Source: a bacterium
Lineage (GTDB): Bacteria; Patescibacteriota; Minisyncoccia; Phycocordibacterales; UBA2100
Direction of reading: 5' to 3'
NCBI GenBank assembly: GCA_021781955.1
Contig: JAJXVV010000002.1
Location: 10,730 to 74,729, forward strand
Length of the DNA: 64,000 nt
Below the pieces are notes generated by a model that saw nothing but the letters and a program-made list of their open reading frames with translations, was not told where the DNA came from and searched no databases. The position numbers and the translations under genes were made by a program. Within the stretch, counting starts at the first letter, position 1. Every line of letters begins with the position of its first letter. This document shows positions 1-9,979 of this stretch, piece by piece.

Positions 1-306
1 GTCGCGGCGGTAATACTCACCGTCAAGCTCGTCCCGGGCGTCTCGATGAGCGGGGGATGGACAACGACGCTCCTGGTCGCGCTCGCGTGGTCGGTCATCG
101 TGGTCGTCATCCGCCCGGCCCTGAAGCTCTTCACGCTTCCGATCACGCTCCTTACGCTCGGCCTCTTCTCGTTCCTCCTGAACGCGTTCCTCTTTTGGGC
201 AATGACTCTGGTCGTGCCCGGTTTCGCGGTCTCCGGATTCGTCGCGGCCCTCCTCGGCGCGTTCGTTCTGTCTATTCTGACCGCGCTCATTAGCAAGGTC
301 TTATAA
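1..306 (+). CDS. small multi-TM membrane protein, phage-holin-4/YvlD-like; 5' end may lie upstream of window
   Basis: ORF 46..306 (86 aa) is all hydrophobic helices (TLGLFSFLLNAFLFWAM); no in-frame stop between nt 1 and the ATG at 46. Confidence 0.4.
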   Translation, partial: VAAVILTVKLVPGVSMSGGWTTTLLVALAWSVIVVVIRPALKLFTLPITLLTLGLFSFLLNAFLFWAMTLVVPGFAVSGFVAALLGAFVLSILTALISKVL

Positions 307-316
307 CGGCGTTGCC

Positions 317-1408
317 ATGAGCGAGATCACCGGCCCCTCGTTTTTCATCGGCAAAGGCGACGAGAAGCTCATCTCGTTCGGCTCCGGCCAACCCGATCTG
401 CCGCCGCCGCCGCAGGCGTTCGATGTGCTGAAAACCTACAGTTCGTTCAAGTACGGGCTCGTGCAGGGCGAGGAGTCGCTGCGCGCCGCGCTCGCCACCC
501 AGTATCCGAAAGCCAAGTCTGAACAGTTCGTCGTCACCAACGGCGCCTCCGAAGCGATCGATCTTGCGCTGCGCGCTATCCGCCTGCGTTTGCCGAAAGG
601 CGCGATAGGCAAGGTGGTGCTCCCGCGTCCGTACTACTATTCCTACCCGCACAACGTGCGGCTCGCCGGCATGGTCCCGGTGTATTACGACCTCAAGAAA
701 GGCAAGATCGACTACGACAACTTTGCGAAAGTCGTGCAAGGGTGCGCTGCGGTCATCATCAATTCGCCTTCGAACCCGACCGGTACGGTACAAGAGGTGG
801 AAACGCTCAGGAAAATAGAGGCACTCTGCGAGAAGCTCGGTGTCTACGTGCTATCCGACGAAGTATACAAGGATATCATCTATGTGCGCGGCAACTACCT
901 GCTCAAGGGTTCGCGCGTCGTGACCATCAATTCGTTCTCGAAGACGTACGCAATGTGCGGCTTGCGAGTCGGGTACCTCTACTCGCAGCGCAAGGAGCTC
1001 GTCGCGGACGTGATCGAAATGAAAACGCACACCGCGATGAACACGTCGATCGTCGGACAGATGATGGCGCTCGCTGCGCTCTCGGCGCCGGCGAGCTATA
1101 TCGCGCACAACCTTGAAGTGTGGCGCTCGCGCCGCGATCTCATGGTGGAGGGCATGACCGAACTCGGGCTTGAGCTCTGGAGCCCGGAAGGAGCGTTCTA
1201 CGTGTTCCCGAAGTTCGGCTCATCGGCCGGCGGTTCCGGCAAGGTGGTGCGCGACCTCTACCACCGCTACGGCATCATCACATACGACGGCGCGTGGTTC
1301 GGCGCGCCTGGACGCGTGCGTTTCAGCTACGCGCTCGATGCGGGAAAGATACAAGAGGGTCTGCGCCGCTTGCAGGAATTCCTCGGCAAAGAGCACAAAC
1401 GGCGTTAG
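317..1408 (+). CDS. class I/II PLP-dependent aminotransferase
   Basis: 363 aa; PLP-lysine motif NSFSKTYAMCGLRVGY, N/G-rich PLP-binding region VTNGASEAIDL. Confidence 0.8.
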   Translation: MSEITGPSFFIGKGDEKLISFGSGQPDLPPPPQAFDVLKTYSSFKYGLVQGEESLRAALATQYPKAKSEQFVVTNGASEAIDLALRAIRLRLPKGAIGKVVLPRPYYYSYPHNVRLAGMVPVYYDLKKGKIDYDNFAKVVQGCAAVIINSPSNPTGTVQEVETLRKIEALCEKLGVYVLSDEVYKDIIYVRGNYLLKGSRVVTINSFSKTYAMCGLRVGYLYSQRKELVADVIEMKTHTAMNTSIVGQMMALAALSAPASYIAHNLEVWRSRRDLMVEGMTELGLELWSPEGAFYVFPKFGSSAGGSGKVVRDLYHRYGIITYDGAWFGAPGRVRFSYALDAGKIQEGLRRLQEFLGKEHKRR

Positions 1409-1674
1409 CGCTGGGCGGCGCTGCCATCCTTCGACGGGCCAGGCTTGAGATCGGAGAATTTTGCACCAGTGACGAGGAAGAGGTAGACGATCTCTAAAAT
1501 GCCGAGCGTATTGACGATGAGGAGCACGACGAACCATGTCTTCTCGTCGCGTTTCGCTGCGCGCCAGAGCGCGAGTCCTTTCCAGAGAATCGTCCACGCG
1601 ATCAGCACGATGAGTACCACAGGAGAGAATGGCAGCGGGCCGGGACCGAATCCAGGGACAGGCATCATATGCAA
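1405..1674 (-). CDS. small membrane protein (DUF5652-like)
   Basis: 89 aa, two TM helices, WKGLALWRAA...WFVVLLIVNTLGILEI pattern; stop overlaps upstream gene. Confidence 0.45.
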   Translation of the reverse strand: MHMMPVPGFGPGPLPFSPVVLIVLIAWTILWKGLALWRAAKRDEKTWFVVLLIVNTLGILEIVYLFLVTGAKFSDLKPGPSKDGSAAQR

Positions 1675-2493
1675 TTAGTGTACCACGCGCACGGGGGGGA
1701 GTTGGAGCGGGACGAGCGTCGCCGTGAGCGGACGATGATCGGAACCGGGAAGATCGTGCATAGCGCTCTTCTCCACCTTCACGTTGGTGGCGAAGATATA
1801 ATCGAGTCGCGTACGGAACTTCACGCCGGCTTTGTGTAGGCGCGGCAAAAAGCCGAGACCGTCGTTCGGGTCAGCATGCGAGATGTCGTAGCTCCACTTG
1901 AGCTTCGGGTGCGCGTTGACGTAGTGCGCGCCGAGCGTGAACTGGACGCGTTTCTCGTGCACGCGGCCCAAGGCGCGGGGCGCGAGCGTATTGAAATCGC
2001 CAGCCACGATGCGCACGTCGGCCGGTTCCTTCTCAAGACGCTCGCGCAAGAAACGCAGCTGCCGCATGCGGTGCGCGTTGCCGCCTTCCCAGGCGACGTG
2101 CGCGCTCGCGATCTGGAAAGTGATATCCTTTGCCTCGAAGATGCCGACCAAGGCCGCGCGGTCGATGCGGTCAGTCATTTTGCGCAGACGCTGCAAGCGG
2201 GAGGGCGTGCGCAGCTTCGGCAGCGCGATGACATGCGCGCGCTTCAGGCGCAATTTGCCGCTCTTCCAGAGGAGCGCGACGTTGCCCCCGAAACCAACGT
2301 GCGCGCAGCGGCACTGCCACCCGACGTATTTTTGCTGCGCGAGGAACTTGCGCAAATGCGGTTCGAAGCGCTTTTCCACTTCCTGAAGGCATATGACATC
2401 GGCGCCGCTGTCCATGAGGAAGGCGATGTTATTCAGCACCATCTCGCGGTGGTAGCCGTGCAATATGTTGTACGTGGCGCAGGTGAGGTTCAT
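1675..2493 (-). CDS. endonuclease/exonuclease/phosphatase (EEP) family hydrolase
   Basis: 272 aa; N-term TYNILHGY...DVICLQEV and C-term SDHRPL motifs typical of EEP fold. Confidence 0.75.
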   Translation of the reverse strand: MNLTCATYNILHGYHREMVLNNIAFLMDSGADVICLQEVEKRFEPHLRKFLAQQKYVGWQCRCAHVGFGGNVALLWKSGKLRLKRAHVIALPKLRTPSRLQRLRKMTDRIDRAALVGIFEAKDITFQIASAHVAWEGGNAHRMRQLRFLRERLEKEPADVRIVAGDFNTLAPRALGRVHEKRVQFTLGAHYVNAHPKLKWSYDISHADPNDGLGFLPRLHKAGVKFRTRLDYIFATNVKVEKSAMHDLPGSDHRPLTATLVPLQLPPVRVVH

Positions 2494-2741
2494 GGCGACG
2501 TGTCGATCGCTTTGTGAGGGGGATTGTACCAGAAATTAGGCTGGTGAGGTATAGCGTGCCCGCTCCAGACAGCTCGCGGGAACGAGCGAGCTTGCCAACA
2601 AGCAAGCCGCGTGCTTTGCCGTTCCACAATGCGGCATAACCGTGGGCATTTTTGGAAACCCGTCGTTATCCACAGATCGTTTTAATCCGGTGGGCGTACC
2701 ATGTACAAGCTATTTACAAGCTCACCTCTTACAAAGACCCT

Positions 2742-5063
2742 ATGCCGCGACAAAAGAAGCCAGAGATAGCGCTCATCGTGAAGCGCGACGCCTCGCGCGT
2801 CCCGTTCGACAAGGCGAAGATCGCGGCAGCGGTCGGCAAAGCGATGCTTGCGGCCGACGAGTGGAGGCACGGCGCGCCGGAGCGCGTCGCCGAGGCCGTT
2901 GAGAAGGCGATCATCGAGAAAAAGACGGCGGATAAATCGTTCCTCCCGAGCGTCGAGGGAGTGCAGGATCTCGTCGAGCAGGAGCTCATGTTCCTCAAGT
3001 ATCCGGCATCGGCCAAGGCCTACATTCTCTACCGCGCGCAGCGCACGAAGCTGCGCCGCGAGCGCGGCGTGGTGCCGGAGCGCGTTCGCCAGCTCGCGGA
3101 GGAGAGCAAGGCATACTTCAAGGACAATCCGCTCGGCGAATTCGTCTACCTGCGCACCTACGCGCGGTGGATCGAGGAAGAGAATCGCCGCGAGACGTGG
3201 ATCGAGACGGTCGATCGGTACGTCAATTTCATGCGCGAGAATCTCGGCGACAAGCTACGCGAGGTTGAGTACGCTGAATTGCGCGAGGCGATCCTCAGAC
3301 AGGAGGTCATGCCCTCGATGCGCGCCATGCAGTTCTCCGGCGAGGCGGCGCGCAAGTGCAACACGTGCGTGTACAACTGCACCTTCACTGCGCCGGTGAA
3401 GCTCGAGGATTTCGCCGAGATCATGTACCTCTCGATGCAAGGTTGCGGCGTCGGTTTCGCGGTGGAGAGCCAGAACATCGAACAGCTGCCGCAGATCAAA
3501 AAGCAGACCAGATCGAAACTGCCGAAGCATGTCATCGGCGACTCGAAAGAAGGCTGGTGCGATGCGCTCACGCTCGGCCTCAAGACCTGGTACGCGGGCA
3601 AGGACATCGAGTTCGATTTCTCGCAGATCCGCCCGGCCGGCTCGCGGCTCAAGGTAATGGGCGGGAAGGCCTCCGGTCCGGAGCCGCTCCGCTCACTTCT
3701 CGCCTTCGCGCGCGAGCGCATCCTTGCCCGTCAGGGCCGCCGCTTGCGCGCGATCGACGCACACGACATCATTTGCAAAATAGGGGAGTGCGTCGTCGCT
3801 GGCGGCGTACGCCGCACTGCGATGATCTCGCTCTCCGATCTCGACGATACTGAGTTGCGTGACGCGAAGAAGGGACAGTTCTTCCTCACCGACCCGCATC
3901 GCATGGTGGCCAATAACTCCGCCGTGTACGATCATCAGCCGACCAACGTCGAACTCATGGAGGAATGGGTCGCGCTCATGAAGAGCGGTTCCGGCGAGCG
4001 CGGCATCTTCAACCGGGGCGCCTTGCACAACACGCTGCCTAAGCGCCGCCTCTCGTTCTTCAAGAAGCGCCACCTTACCGACGAGGATGGCGTCGTCACC
4101 GGTTCGGTCGGGACCAATCCGTGCGGCGAGATAATTTTGCAATCCAAGCAATTCTGCAATCTCTCCGAGGTGATCGCGCGCTCCGGCGATACGCGCGAGA
4201 AGCTCGTACAAAAAGCCAAGCTTGCCGCTATCCTCGGCACGTACCAGTCCACGCTCACCAATTTCCGCTACATCTCGAAGGAATGGACCAAGAACTGCCG
4301 CGACGAGGCGCTCCTGGGAGTCTCGATCACCGGCCAGTGGGATAGCGAAGAGGCGCGCAAACCGGAAACCATGCGCCTCATGCGCGACACGGCCGTCAAG
4401 ACCAACGCCGCCTACGCGAAACGCTTCGGCGTGAAGCCGTCGATGGCCGTCACTGCGGTCAAGCCCTCCGGAACCGTGTCGCAGACCTTCAACACCGCCT
4501 CCGGCATCCACCCGCGCCACTCCAAGTATTACATCCGCCGCGTGCGCATCTCGGCGACCGACGCCCTTTTCAAGATGGTGCGCGATCAGGGCATCCCGCA
4601 CTACCCGGAGGTAGGGCAGTCGGCCGAGAGCGCAACGACCTACGTGCTCGAGTTCCCCGTCATGGCGCCGGAAGGATCGAAGTTCAAGGAAGACCTTACC
4701 GCTCTCGAGCAGCTCGAGTACTGGAAGAGCGTGAAGTTGAACTTCACCGAACATAATCCGTCGGCGACGATCTCCGTCGGCGAGGATGAATGGATCGGCG
4801 TCGTCGATTGGCTCCAGAGGAATTGGGGCATCGTTGGAGGGCTCTCGTTCCTGCCGCGTTTTGACCACGTGTACCGCTTGGCGCCGTACGAGGCCATCGA
4901 CAAGAAACGCTACGACGAGCTTAAGGCGTCGTTCCCCGACATCGACTACTCGAAGCTCGTCATGTACGAGATCTCCGACGAGACCGAGCAGAAGCGCGAA
5001 CTCGCGTGCGCCGGCGGCGTCTGTGAGATAGAAGTGGTTCCAACGGAAACGACCACGGCGTAG
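2742..5063 (+). CDS. nrdJ: class II adenosylcobalamin-dependent ribonucleoside-triphosphate reductase
   Basis: 773 aa from ATG 2742; N-terminal ATP-cone (VKRDASRVPFDKAKI), active-site NPCGEI...C region, C-terminal CxxC tail (CAGGVCE). Confidence 0.85.
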   Translation: MPRQKKPEIALIVKRDASRVPFDKAKIAAAVGKAMLAADEWRHGAPERVAEAVEKAIIEKKTADKSFLPSVEGVQDLVEQELMFLKYPASAKAYILYRAQRTKLRRERGVVPERVRQLAEESKAYFKDNPLGEFVYLRTYARWIEEENRRETWIETVDRYVNFMRENLGDKLREVEYAELREAILRQEVMPSMRAMQFSGEAARKCNTCVYNCTFTAPVKLEDFAEIMYLSMQGCGVGFAVESQNIEQLPQIKKQTRSKLPKHVIGDSKEGWCDALTLGLKTWYAGKDIEFDFSQIRPAGSRLKVMGGKASGPEPLRSLLAFARERILARQGRRLRAIDAHDIICKIGECVVAGGVRRTAMISLSDLDDTELRDAKKGQFFLTDPHRMVANNSAVYDHQPTNVELMEEWVALMKSGSGERGIFNRGALHNTLPKRRLSFFKKRHLTDEDGVVTGSVGTNPCGEIILQSKQFCNLSEVIARSGDTREKLVQKAKLAAILGTYQSTLTNFRYISKEWTKNCRDEALLGVSITGQWDSEEARKPETMRLMRDTAVKTNAAYAKRFGVKPSMAVTAVKPSGTVSQTFNTASGIHPRHSKYYIRRVRISATDALFKMVRDQGIPHYPEVGQSAESATTYVLEFPVMAPEGSKFKEDLTALEQLEYWKSVKLNFTEHNPSATISVGEDEWIGVVDWLQRNWGIVGGLSFLPRFDHVYRLAPYEAIDKKRYDELKASFPDIDYSKLVMYEISDETEQKRELACAGGVCEIEVVPTETTTA

Positions 5064-5069
5064 CCGCTT

Positions 5070-5603
5070 ATGCTCTATACCCGAAAAGGCGATACCGGTA
5101 CCTCCGGCCTTTTCGGGACCAAAGATCGCCAGACGAAGGCGGCGCCCGTCTTCGAGGCGCTCGGCATGAGCGACGAACTCAACTCGTTCCTCGGATTCTG
5201 CCGCGCGTACGGGCTCAAAGAGAAATTCGAAGCGGCGCCGCTCGCGGCGCCGCTTTTACGCGAGGTACAGGAGCGCCTCTTCGTCGTGCAGGCAGAGCTC
5301 GCGGGTGCGGACAAGTCGCTCACGCAGGCAGATGTCGAGAAGCTCGAAGCGCACATCGCCGAACTCGAGGCGCAGATAGCGAATCCGCACTCGTTCATCG
5401 TGCCGGGCGCGACCGCTTTCTCCGGCATGCTCGACTACGCGCGCGCGATGTCGCGCCGGGTCGAACGCGCCATCATTCGGAGCGAAGTGTCGCTCTCCGC
5501 ACCGACCAAAGCCTATCTCAACCGCCTTTCGAGTTTCCTCTATGTGCTCGCGCGCGTTGCCGCAAAGGACGCCGGTGAAGATGAGCGAGCGCCGCAGTAT
5601 TGA
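5070..5603 (+). CDS. ATP:cob(I)alamin adenosyltransferase, PduO-type
   Basis: 177 aa; N-term MLYTRKGDTGTSGLFG matches PduO/MMAB 'YTKTGDxGxT' signature; 6 nt after nrdJ stop. Confidence 0.7.
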   Translation: MLYTRKGDTGTSGLFGTKDRQTKAAPVFEALGMSDELNSFLGFCRAYGLKEKFEAAPLAAPLLREVQERLFVVQAELAGADKSLTQADVEKLEAHIAELEAQIANPHSFIVPGATAFSGMLDYARAMSRRVERAIIRSEVSLSAPTKAYLNRLSSFLYVLARVAAKDAGEDERAPQY

Positions 5604-5622
5604 TGTATACTGCCACTTCCGT

Positions 5623-6174
5623 ATGACGTTCAGTAAAAGAGTCCTCGCCGCCGCCGCGCTCATCGCCTTCGGCGTGCTTGGCCGCCTCGTGCCGCACCTA
5701 CCGGACGCGACGCCGCTCACGGCTATCACGCTCATGGGCAGCCGTTACCTCGGCCGCACATGGTCCATCGTCATTCCCGTTGCGGCTATGCTCGCGTCGG
5801 ACCTATTCATCGGGTTCTATGATGGGCGCGTGCTCGCCACCGTGTACCTTTCCTTTGCGCTCATCGCGGCGATGAGCTGGTTTGGCGCAAAGCGCGGTTT
5901 GCCCACGCTTCTCGGCACGGCCGCGACCGCATCACTCCTCTTTTTCCTTACGACCAACGCCGCTGTCTGGGCCTTCTCACCATGGTATGCCAAGAGCTTC
6001 GGGGGCTTGCTTGAGGCCTACGCGATGGGACTGCCGTTCTTGGGCAGCATGCTCCTCTCGGATCTTCTCTATACCGCATCGCTCTACGGCATTTGCGAAG
6101 CGATTAAAATCGCTGTCATAAACAGGAGATTGTCGCGAGACAGCATACAGCCGGCATGGGCCGTAGCGGAGTAA
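5623..6174 (+). CDS. solitary ECF-transporter S-component-like membrane protein (possible vitamin/cobalamin binder)
   Basis: 183 aa, 5-6 TM; VPHLPDATPLTAITLMG resembles the 'P-x-N/D-x-TP' substrate-pocket motif of ECF S components; alternative start 5581. Confidence 0.4.
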   Translation: MTFSKRVLAAAALIAFGVLGRLVPHLPDATPLTAITLMGSRYLGRTWSIVIPVAAMLASDLFIGFYDGRVLATVYLSFALIAAMSWFGAKRGLPTLLGTAATASLLFFLTTNAAVWAFSPWYAKSFGGLLEAYAMGLPFLGSMLLSDLLYTASLYGICEAIKIAVINRRLSRDSIQPAWAVAE

Positions 6175-6187
6175 CGTCGTCGGAACA

Positions 6188-7465
6188 TTATTGATCGTCC
6201 TGGAGGGGGAGCGAGAGCGGCAATGTCGGAGAGGTGATCGACGCATGATCGTGAGCGGGCACCACTTCATCGGTATTCTCGTTCGCGCTGTTTGATGATG
6301 GCGCGCTCGTCGCGCTCGCGGCCGTTGATGCTTGTTCGGTCGAGCCGTCCGGCGCCGCAGCGGATGACGTAACGCCGTTGTGAGGCGAGTTTGAGATATG
6401 CGCATCGCGGCGAGCATGCCCGAGCGCACTGCTGTTGTCAGAGGCGTTCGAGGTGGTCGTTGCCGGCATTGAGCCCGCTTGCTCCTGCTCGCCGACCATG
6501 AGGCCGGTGCGTGCATGAATTGCCGCGCTCGCCTGGAGGTAGGCATCGAGGCGCGAAGCGGCGTCCAGCGCTCGTTGGTAGGCACCGAGCGCTTGCGGTA
6601 TGGCATGTTGATCGAGCAGGTCGTTGCCTGAGGAGATGGACGTGCTCGCGCTTTCGAGTTGGATCGCGATGCTCTCTGCCGAAGAGGAGGCGAGCGCGTT
6701 GGACGCTTCGTTCGCGGATCGTACGGAGCTGGCGAGCTGCTGGATAGCCGCAGCGCGCGCGAATGACGCGGCTATCGCGTGCTCGCGCAAGCCATCGTCC
6801 ATGCGTGTTTCCGCGAGCGTGCGCACGGCCGCCGCGTCCTGCCGCGCGAGCACGATCGAATTCTGAAGCGCGGCCGTCGACGTGCCCGTGCCGACCTGTG
6901 CAAGCATGTCTTGATACGCGGAGAGCTGGGCTTCGAAGCGCATCGCCGCCGCATCGCTCTGCTCGGGGCTCGTGCTCGCGACCTGCGCCAGGCTCGCGAC
7001 CGCAAGTTCCGTGTGCGCGATGAAGTTGCGCTGGATCTGTGCCTGGGTCGAGGTGGAGAGCCGGCCTTCAGCCGCGAGCACCGTCGCTTCCTGGAGCCGT
7101 TCGCTCGCGACGCTGGCCGCCCACGTTGCCTTGGCGGAAGCGGAGACCGCGAGCGCGCCCTGGATCGGCTCGTTGACGTACGTTTTCACCGGGTAGAGCA
7201 GGTCGCCCGGCAACGCACCCTCGGCCGCATATGAGATGCCGGTGCCGGAGGCGAAGACTGCCGCCACGAGCACAGCCGCGATGGCGCGCGGCGAGTAGAA
7301 GAACGTGGGAAGCAGTCGTGCGCGCTCCGCGTTTCGCGTCGGTATGCGCAAAGGCTTCATCGCCAGGTACGTGTGAATCGTGCGACGCATGCGCACACGC
7401 TCCTCGGGCGTGAGTGGCGTGTCGCCCCGGGTCTTTCCTATGTAGTAAGGGAGATCTTTTTTCAT
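6188..7465 (-). CDS. DUF5667-domain protein, probable anti-sigma partner of upstream ECF sigma
   Basis: 425 aa from ATG at 7465 (MKKDLPYY); single TM then PGDLLYPVK motif; Ala/Ser-rich low-complexity C-terminus; start overlaps sigma stop (ATGA). Confidence 0.6.
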   Translation of the reverse strand: MKKDLPYYIGKTRGDTPLTPEERVRMRRTIHTYLAMKPLRIPTRNAERARLLPTFFYSPRAIAAVLVAAVFASGTGISYAAEGALPGDLLYPVKTYVNEPIQGALAVSASAKATWAASVASERLQEATVLAAEGRLSTSTQAQIQRNFIAHTELAVASLAQVASTSPEQSDAAAMRFEAQLSAYQDMLAQVGTGTSTAALQNSIVLARQDAAAVRTLAETRMDDGLREHAIAASFARAAAIQQLASSVRSANEASNALASSSAESIAIQLESASTSISSGNDLLDQHAIPQALGAYQRALDAASRLDAYLQASAAIHARTGLMVGEQEQAGSMPATTTSNASDNSSALGHARRDAHISNSPHNGVTSSAAAPDGSTEQASTAASATSAPSSNSANENTDEVVPAHDHASITSPTLPLSLPLQDDQ

Positions 7466-7992
7466 AGGTCGCACAGGATACGTAATTTTTGGATACCGCG
7501 ATGGATGCGCACCGACACGACGTTCTCGGAGGCGTCGATCGCTTCCGCGATCTCTTTTGGCGAAAGGCCGTCCACGAAGCGCAGGGTGAGCGCGATGCGG
7601 TAGTCCACGGGGAGGTCGGCGATACGCGCGCGCACTTGCTCGATGAGCGTGGACTCGTCGAGCGCCTCCTCCGCTTCGACCGCGCTCCCTTCCGCGAGCC
7701 GCGCTTCGAGCGCGGGCGCGGCCGCTTCGTCTTCGAGCAGCTCGTCGAGCGAGACCGACTTCTTCTTGCGGTACTCGTCGATGATGAGGTTGTGCAGGAT
7801 GCGGTAGAGGAAGCTCTTGTAGTGCTTCACCTCGCCGCCTTCGGCGATGAACTCCCACGCCTTGAGGTACGTCTCCTGCGTGAGGTCGTACGCCTTTTCG
7901 CGATCACTCACGCGGTACAGTGCATGCCGGAAGAGCGCGTCGGCGTGTGACTCGAACGCTTTAAGGAATGCCTGCTCGGGGCCCGATGTCAT
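7462..7992 (-). CDS. ECF-type RNA polymerase sigma-70 factor
   Basis: region 2 (ETYLKAWEF...YRILHNLIIDEYRK) and region 4 HTH (LSPKEIAEAIDASENVVSVRIHRGIQKLR); start chosen at MTSGPEQ, could be up to 8094. Confidence 0.8.
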   Translation of the reverse strand: MTSGPEQAFLKAFESHADALFRHALYRVSDREKAYDLTQETYLKAWEFIAEGGEVKHYKSFLYRILHNLIIDEYRKKKSVSLDELLEDEAAAPALEARLAEGSAVEAEEALDESTLIEQVRARIADLPVDYRIALTLRFVDGLSPKEIAEAIDASENVVSVRIHRGIQKLRILCDL

Positions 7993-8212
7993 CACAGTAT
8001 CCTCTGCATGAACGAGACGTGCGACGGGAGTATTGCTTACCGATGCGTTCGATCGAGAGGTGGTACCCATACTAGCGCTGCCCCCTGAAAGCACAAAGCC
8101 CGCGGGCCCAAGGTCATGAGGCTTTACGCGGGCTTATGTGCACAGAGACGCACGAGCCAGCGCATGCTTACGCGCGATCGTACGTTCCGATCCTTTGCGG
8201 CCGCCCGTTCGT

Positions 8213-8590
8213 TCAGTCTGCGCGCAATTCATCCGCTCGTTTGGAGCGGAGATCGACGATGAGGTAGCCGACGAGAACGATAAGCAACGCCCAGAGCCAC
8301 CAGGTGCCTTGCGTGCTTGATCGCGATGCCCGCGGTTGCGCAGGTGCCGATGTCGCGGCAGCGGCGGGCGACTGGCCGACAGGAGCGCTCGTACCGGCAT
8401 CGGCAGGCGCAGGGAAGGGCGATGGCGAGCCGGAGACGTTGGTCGAGATGCTCGGCCGTATGTTTTGGGGAAGCGGTTGAAGCGCGTGTTGCGCTTGCAC
8501 GGGCACGCGCATGACCGCGTTCGCGGGCGTCGCGCAAAGCGCGACGCCCGCAACCATACCCACGCTCGCGATCATGAATATCTTTTTCAT
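8213..8590 (-). CDS. hypothetical secreted protein with C-terminal membrane anchor
   Basis: 125 aa; N-terminal signal peptide (MKKIFMIASVGMVAGVALCATPANA), Pro/Ala/Ser-rich middle, C-terminal TM (WWLWALLIVLVGYLIV). Confidence 0.35.
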   Translation of the reverse strand: MKKIFMIASVGMVAGVALCATPANAVMRVPVQAQHALQPLPQNIRPSISTNVSGSPSPFPAPADAGTSAPVGQSPAAAATSAPAQPRASRSSTQGTWWLWALLIVLVGYLIVDLRSKRADELRAD

Positions 8591-8593
8591 GCG

Positions 8594-9979
8594 TCAATCG
8601 CTCGTCCAGCTTATCTGTCTATATCCGGCGGAGGAAATGGGGAAACTCGGCGGCGGCCCATAGATCAAATTGCTGTCGTAATCGTCATTCGTGATTTCGT
8701 AGCCGGAGACCACGTTATTGTACTGGTCGACCCACGTCCACGTCCACTGGCCGTAGGTCATGATCGAACCGAAGACCGTGATGCTGTTTTTGATATCATT
8801 GGGGTAATAAAAAAACTCCGCGCTGCCGTTCTGCGCGACAAGTGCGGCGTCGACCTCGAGCGTGCTCGGCGCACCGTAGGTGACGACGATGTTGTTCTGC
8901 GCGAGCAATCCGAGCACGTCGGTCCCATCCTTCGCGGCGTAGAGGATGTTGTTGGGGATGTAGATCGTCGGCGCGGTGTTCGCGTTATAGGGCAAGACCG
9001 CTGCCGCAACCATGACGCGTCCATTTACCGTGCCCTCGATCCATACGTTGTCCTCGATGTAGATGACGCCGTTGCTAGGGATCGCTTTCGTGAACTGAAG
9101 CGTCCGCCTGTTGTAATCGGTGCTCTGATTCTGCGCGTTGCCGTTCACGTCCCAGCCGGTCGGCTCACGCTGCAGACTCGTCACCTTGTACACGCTCACC
9201 GTGCCATTCCCGTTGAACACGAGCGAGTAGCCGTCGGCATTGGACGGCGAAAGGTAGATGCCGGCGGTTTGCGCGCTCGACTTCAGGGTCGCAAGATTGG
9301 CGGTGAGCGAACTGAAGTCGACCGAGGGCACCGGGTATTGCCAAAAACTGCTGTTGCCGGCGCCCCAGACGCCGTTCTCGGTGTGCGGGCACGGTGATCC
9401 TTGCGACGAGGAGCAGGTGTAGGTCGATTTCGCGGATAGTACCGGCGCGTTGGTCGTGCCGTCGAAACGGACGCCGCCGTTCGATTGCATCTGTCCGCTT
9501 ACGTTCTCGCCGCTGCCGATCCAGATGACGTCGTTGCTCAAAAAAGAGTAGAGCGCGAGCGAGGGAATGCCGTATTTCACCGTGACCGTGCGCTTCACTG
9601 CCGGATCGTCAACGGTCGAGCCGGTGGATTTAATCGTGACGATGGTCGAACCGCTCGAAGGCGGCGTAATGCTAAGACTGTACTGTCCGATCGTCTGTTG
9701 TGTATCGAGGTCGGTATAGGCGTGTACGTAGGGTCCCGGTGTTGTCGTGCCGTCTTGATAGTCGGTGGGGAAGTGCGCGAGGTGCCACTGGTAGTAGTCG
9801 ATGCCCGCTTCGGCTATTTGCAGCGCCTCCTCGCGGTCTACCCTGGTGCGCGCGACGTCGAGTTCCTTGAGCGCCACGTTCAAGAATGGTATCGCCATGA
9901 GGGACAGCAGCGACACGAGCAAGAGCGTCAGGATCATGATCTCGCCGGCAGCATCGTTCTTGCGTGAGAACATACTCAA
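8594..9979 (-). CDS. PilX-N-like minor pilin / pilus tip-associated protein
   Basis: 461 aa; N-terminal TM followed by EEALQIAEAGIDYYQWH (PilX_N-like motif); in a run with two prepilin-type genes. Confidence 0.5.
   Translation of the reverse strand: MSMFSRKNDAAGEIMILTLLLVSLLSLMAIPFLNVALKELDVARTRVDREEALQIAEAGIDYYQWHLAHFPTDYQDGTTTPGPYVHAYTDLDTQQTIGQYSLSITPPSSGSTIVTIKSTGSTVDDPAVKRTVTVKYGIPSLALYSFLSNDVIWIGSGENVSGQMQSNGGVRFDGTTNAPVLSAKSTYTCSSSQGSPCPHTENGVWGAGNSSFWQYPVPSVDFSSLTANLATLKSSAQTAGIYLSPSNADGYSLVFNGNGTVSVYKVTSLQREPTGWDVNGNAQNQSTDYNRRTLQFTKAIPSNGVIYIEDNVWIEGTVNGRVMVAAAVLPYNANTAPTIYIPNNILYAAKDGTDVLGLLAQNNIVVTYGAPSTLEVDAALVAQNGSAEFFYYPNDIKNSITVFGSIMTYGQWTWTWVDQYNNVVSGYEITNDDYDSNLIYGPPPSFPISSAGYRQISWTSD

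Noticed and set aside
2494-2741. Possible cobalamin riboswitch upstream of nrdJ
   Set aside because: Looked for the B12-box (GCCACTG-like) and conserved GGTGCC/CCCGC blocks; not present; also B12 riboswitches normally regulate B12-independent isozymes or transporters.
3693-4868. 391-aa minus-strand ORF
   Set aside because: Antisense of nrdJ; no motif; high-GC artefact.
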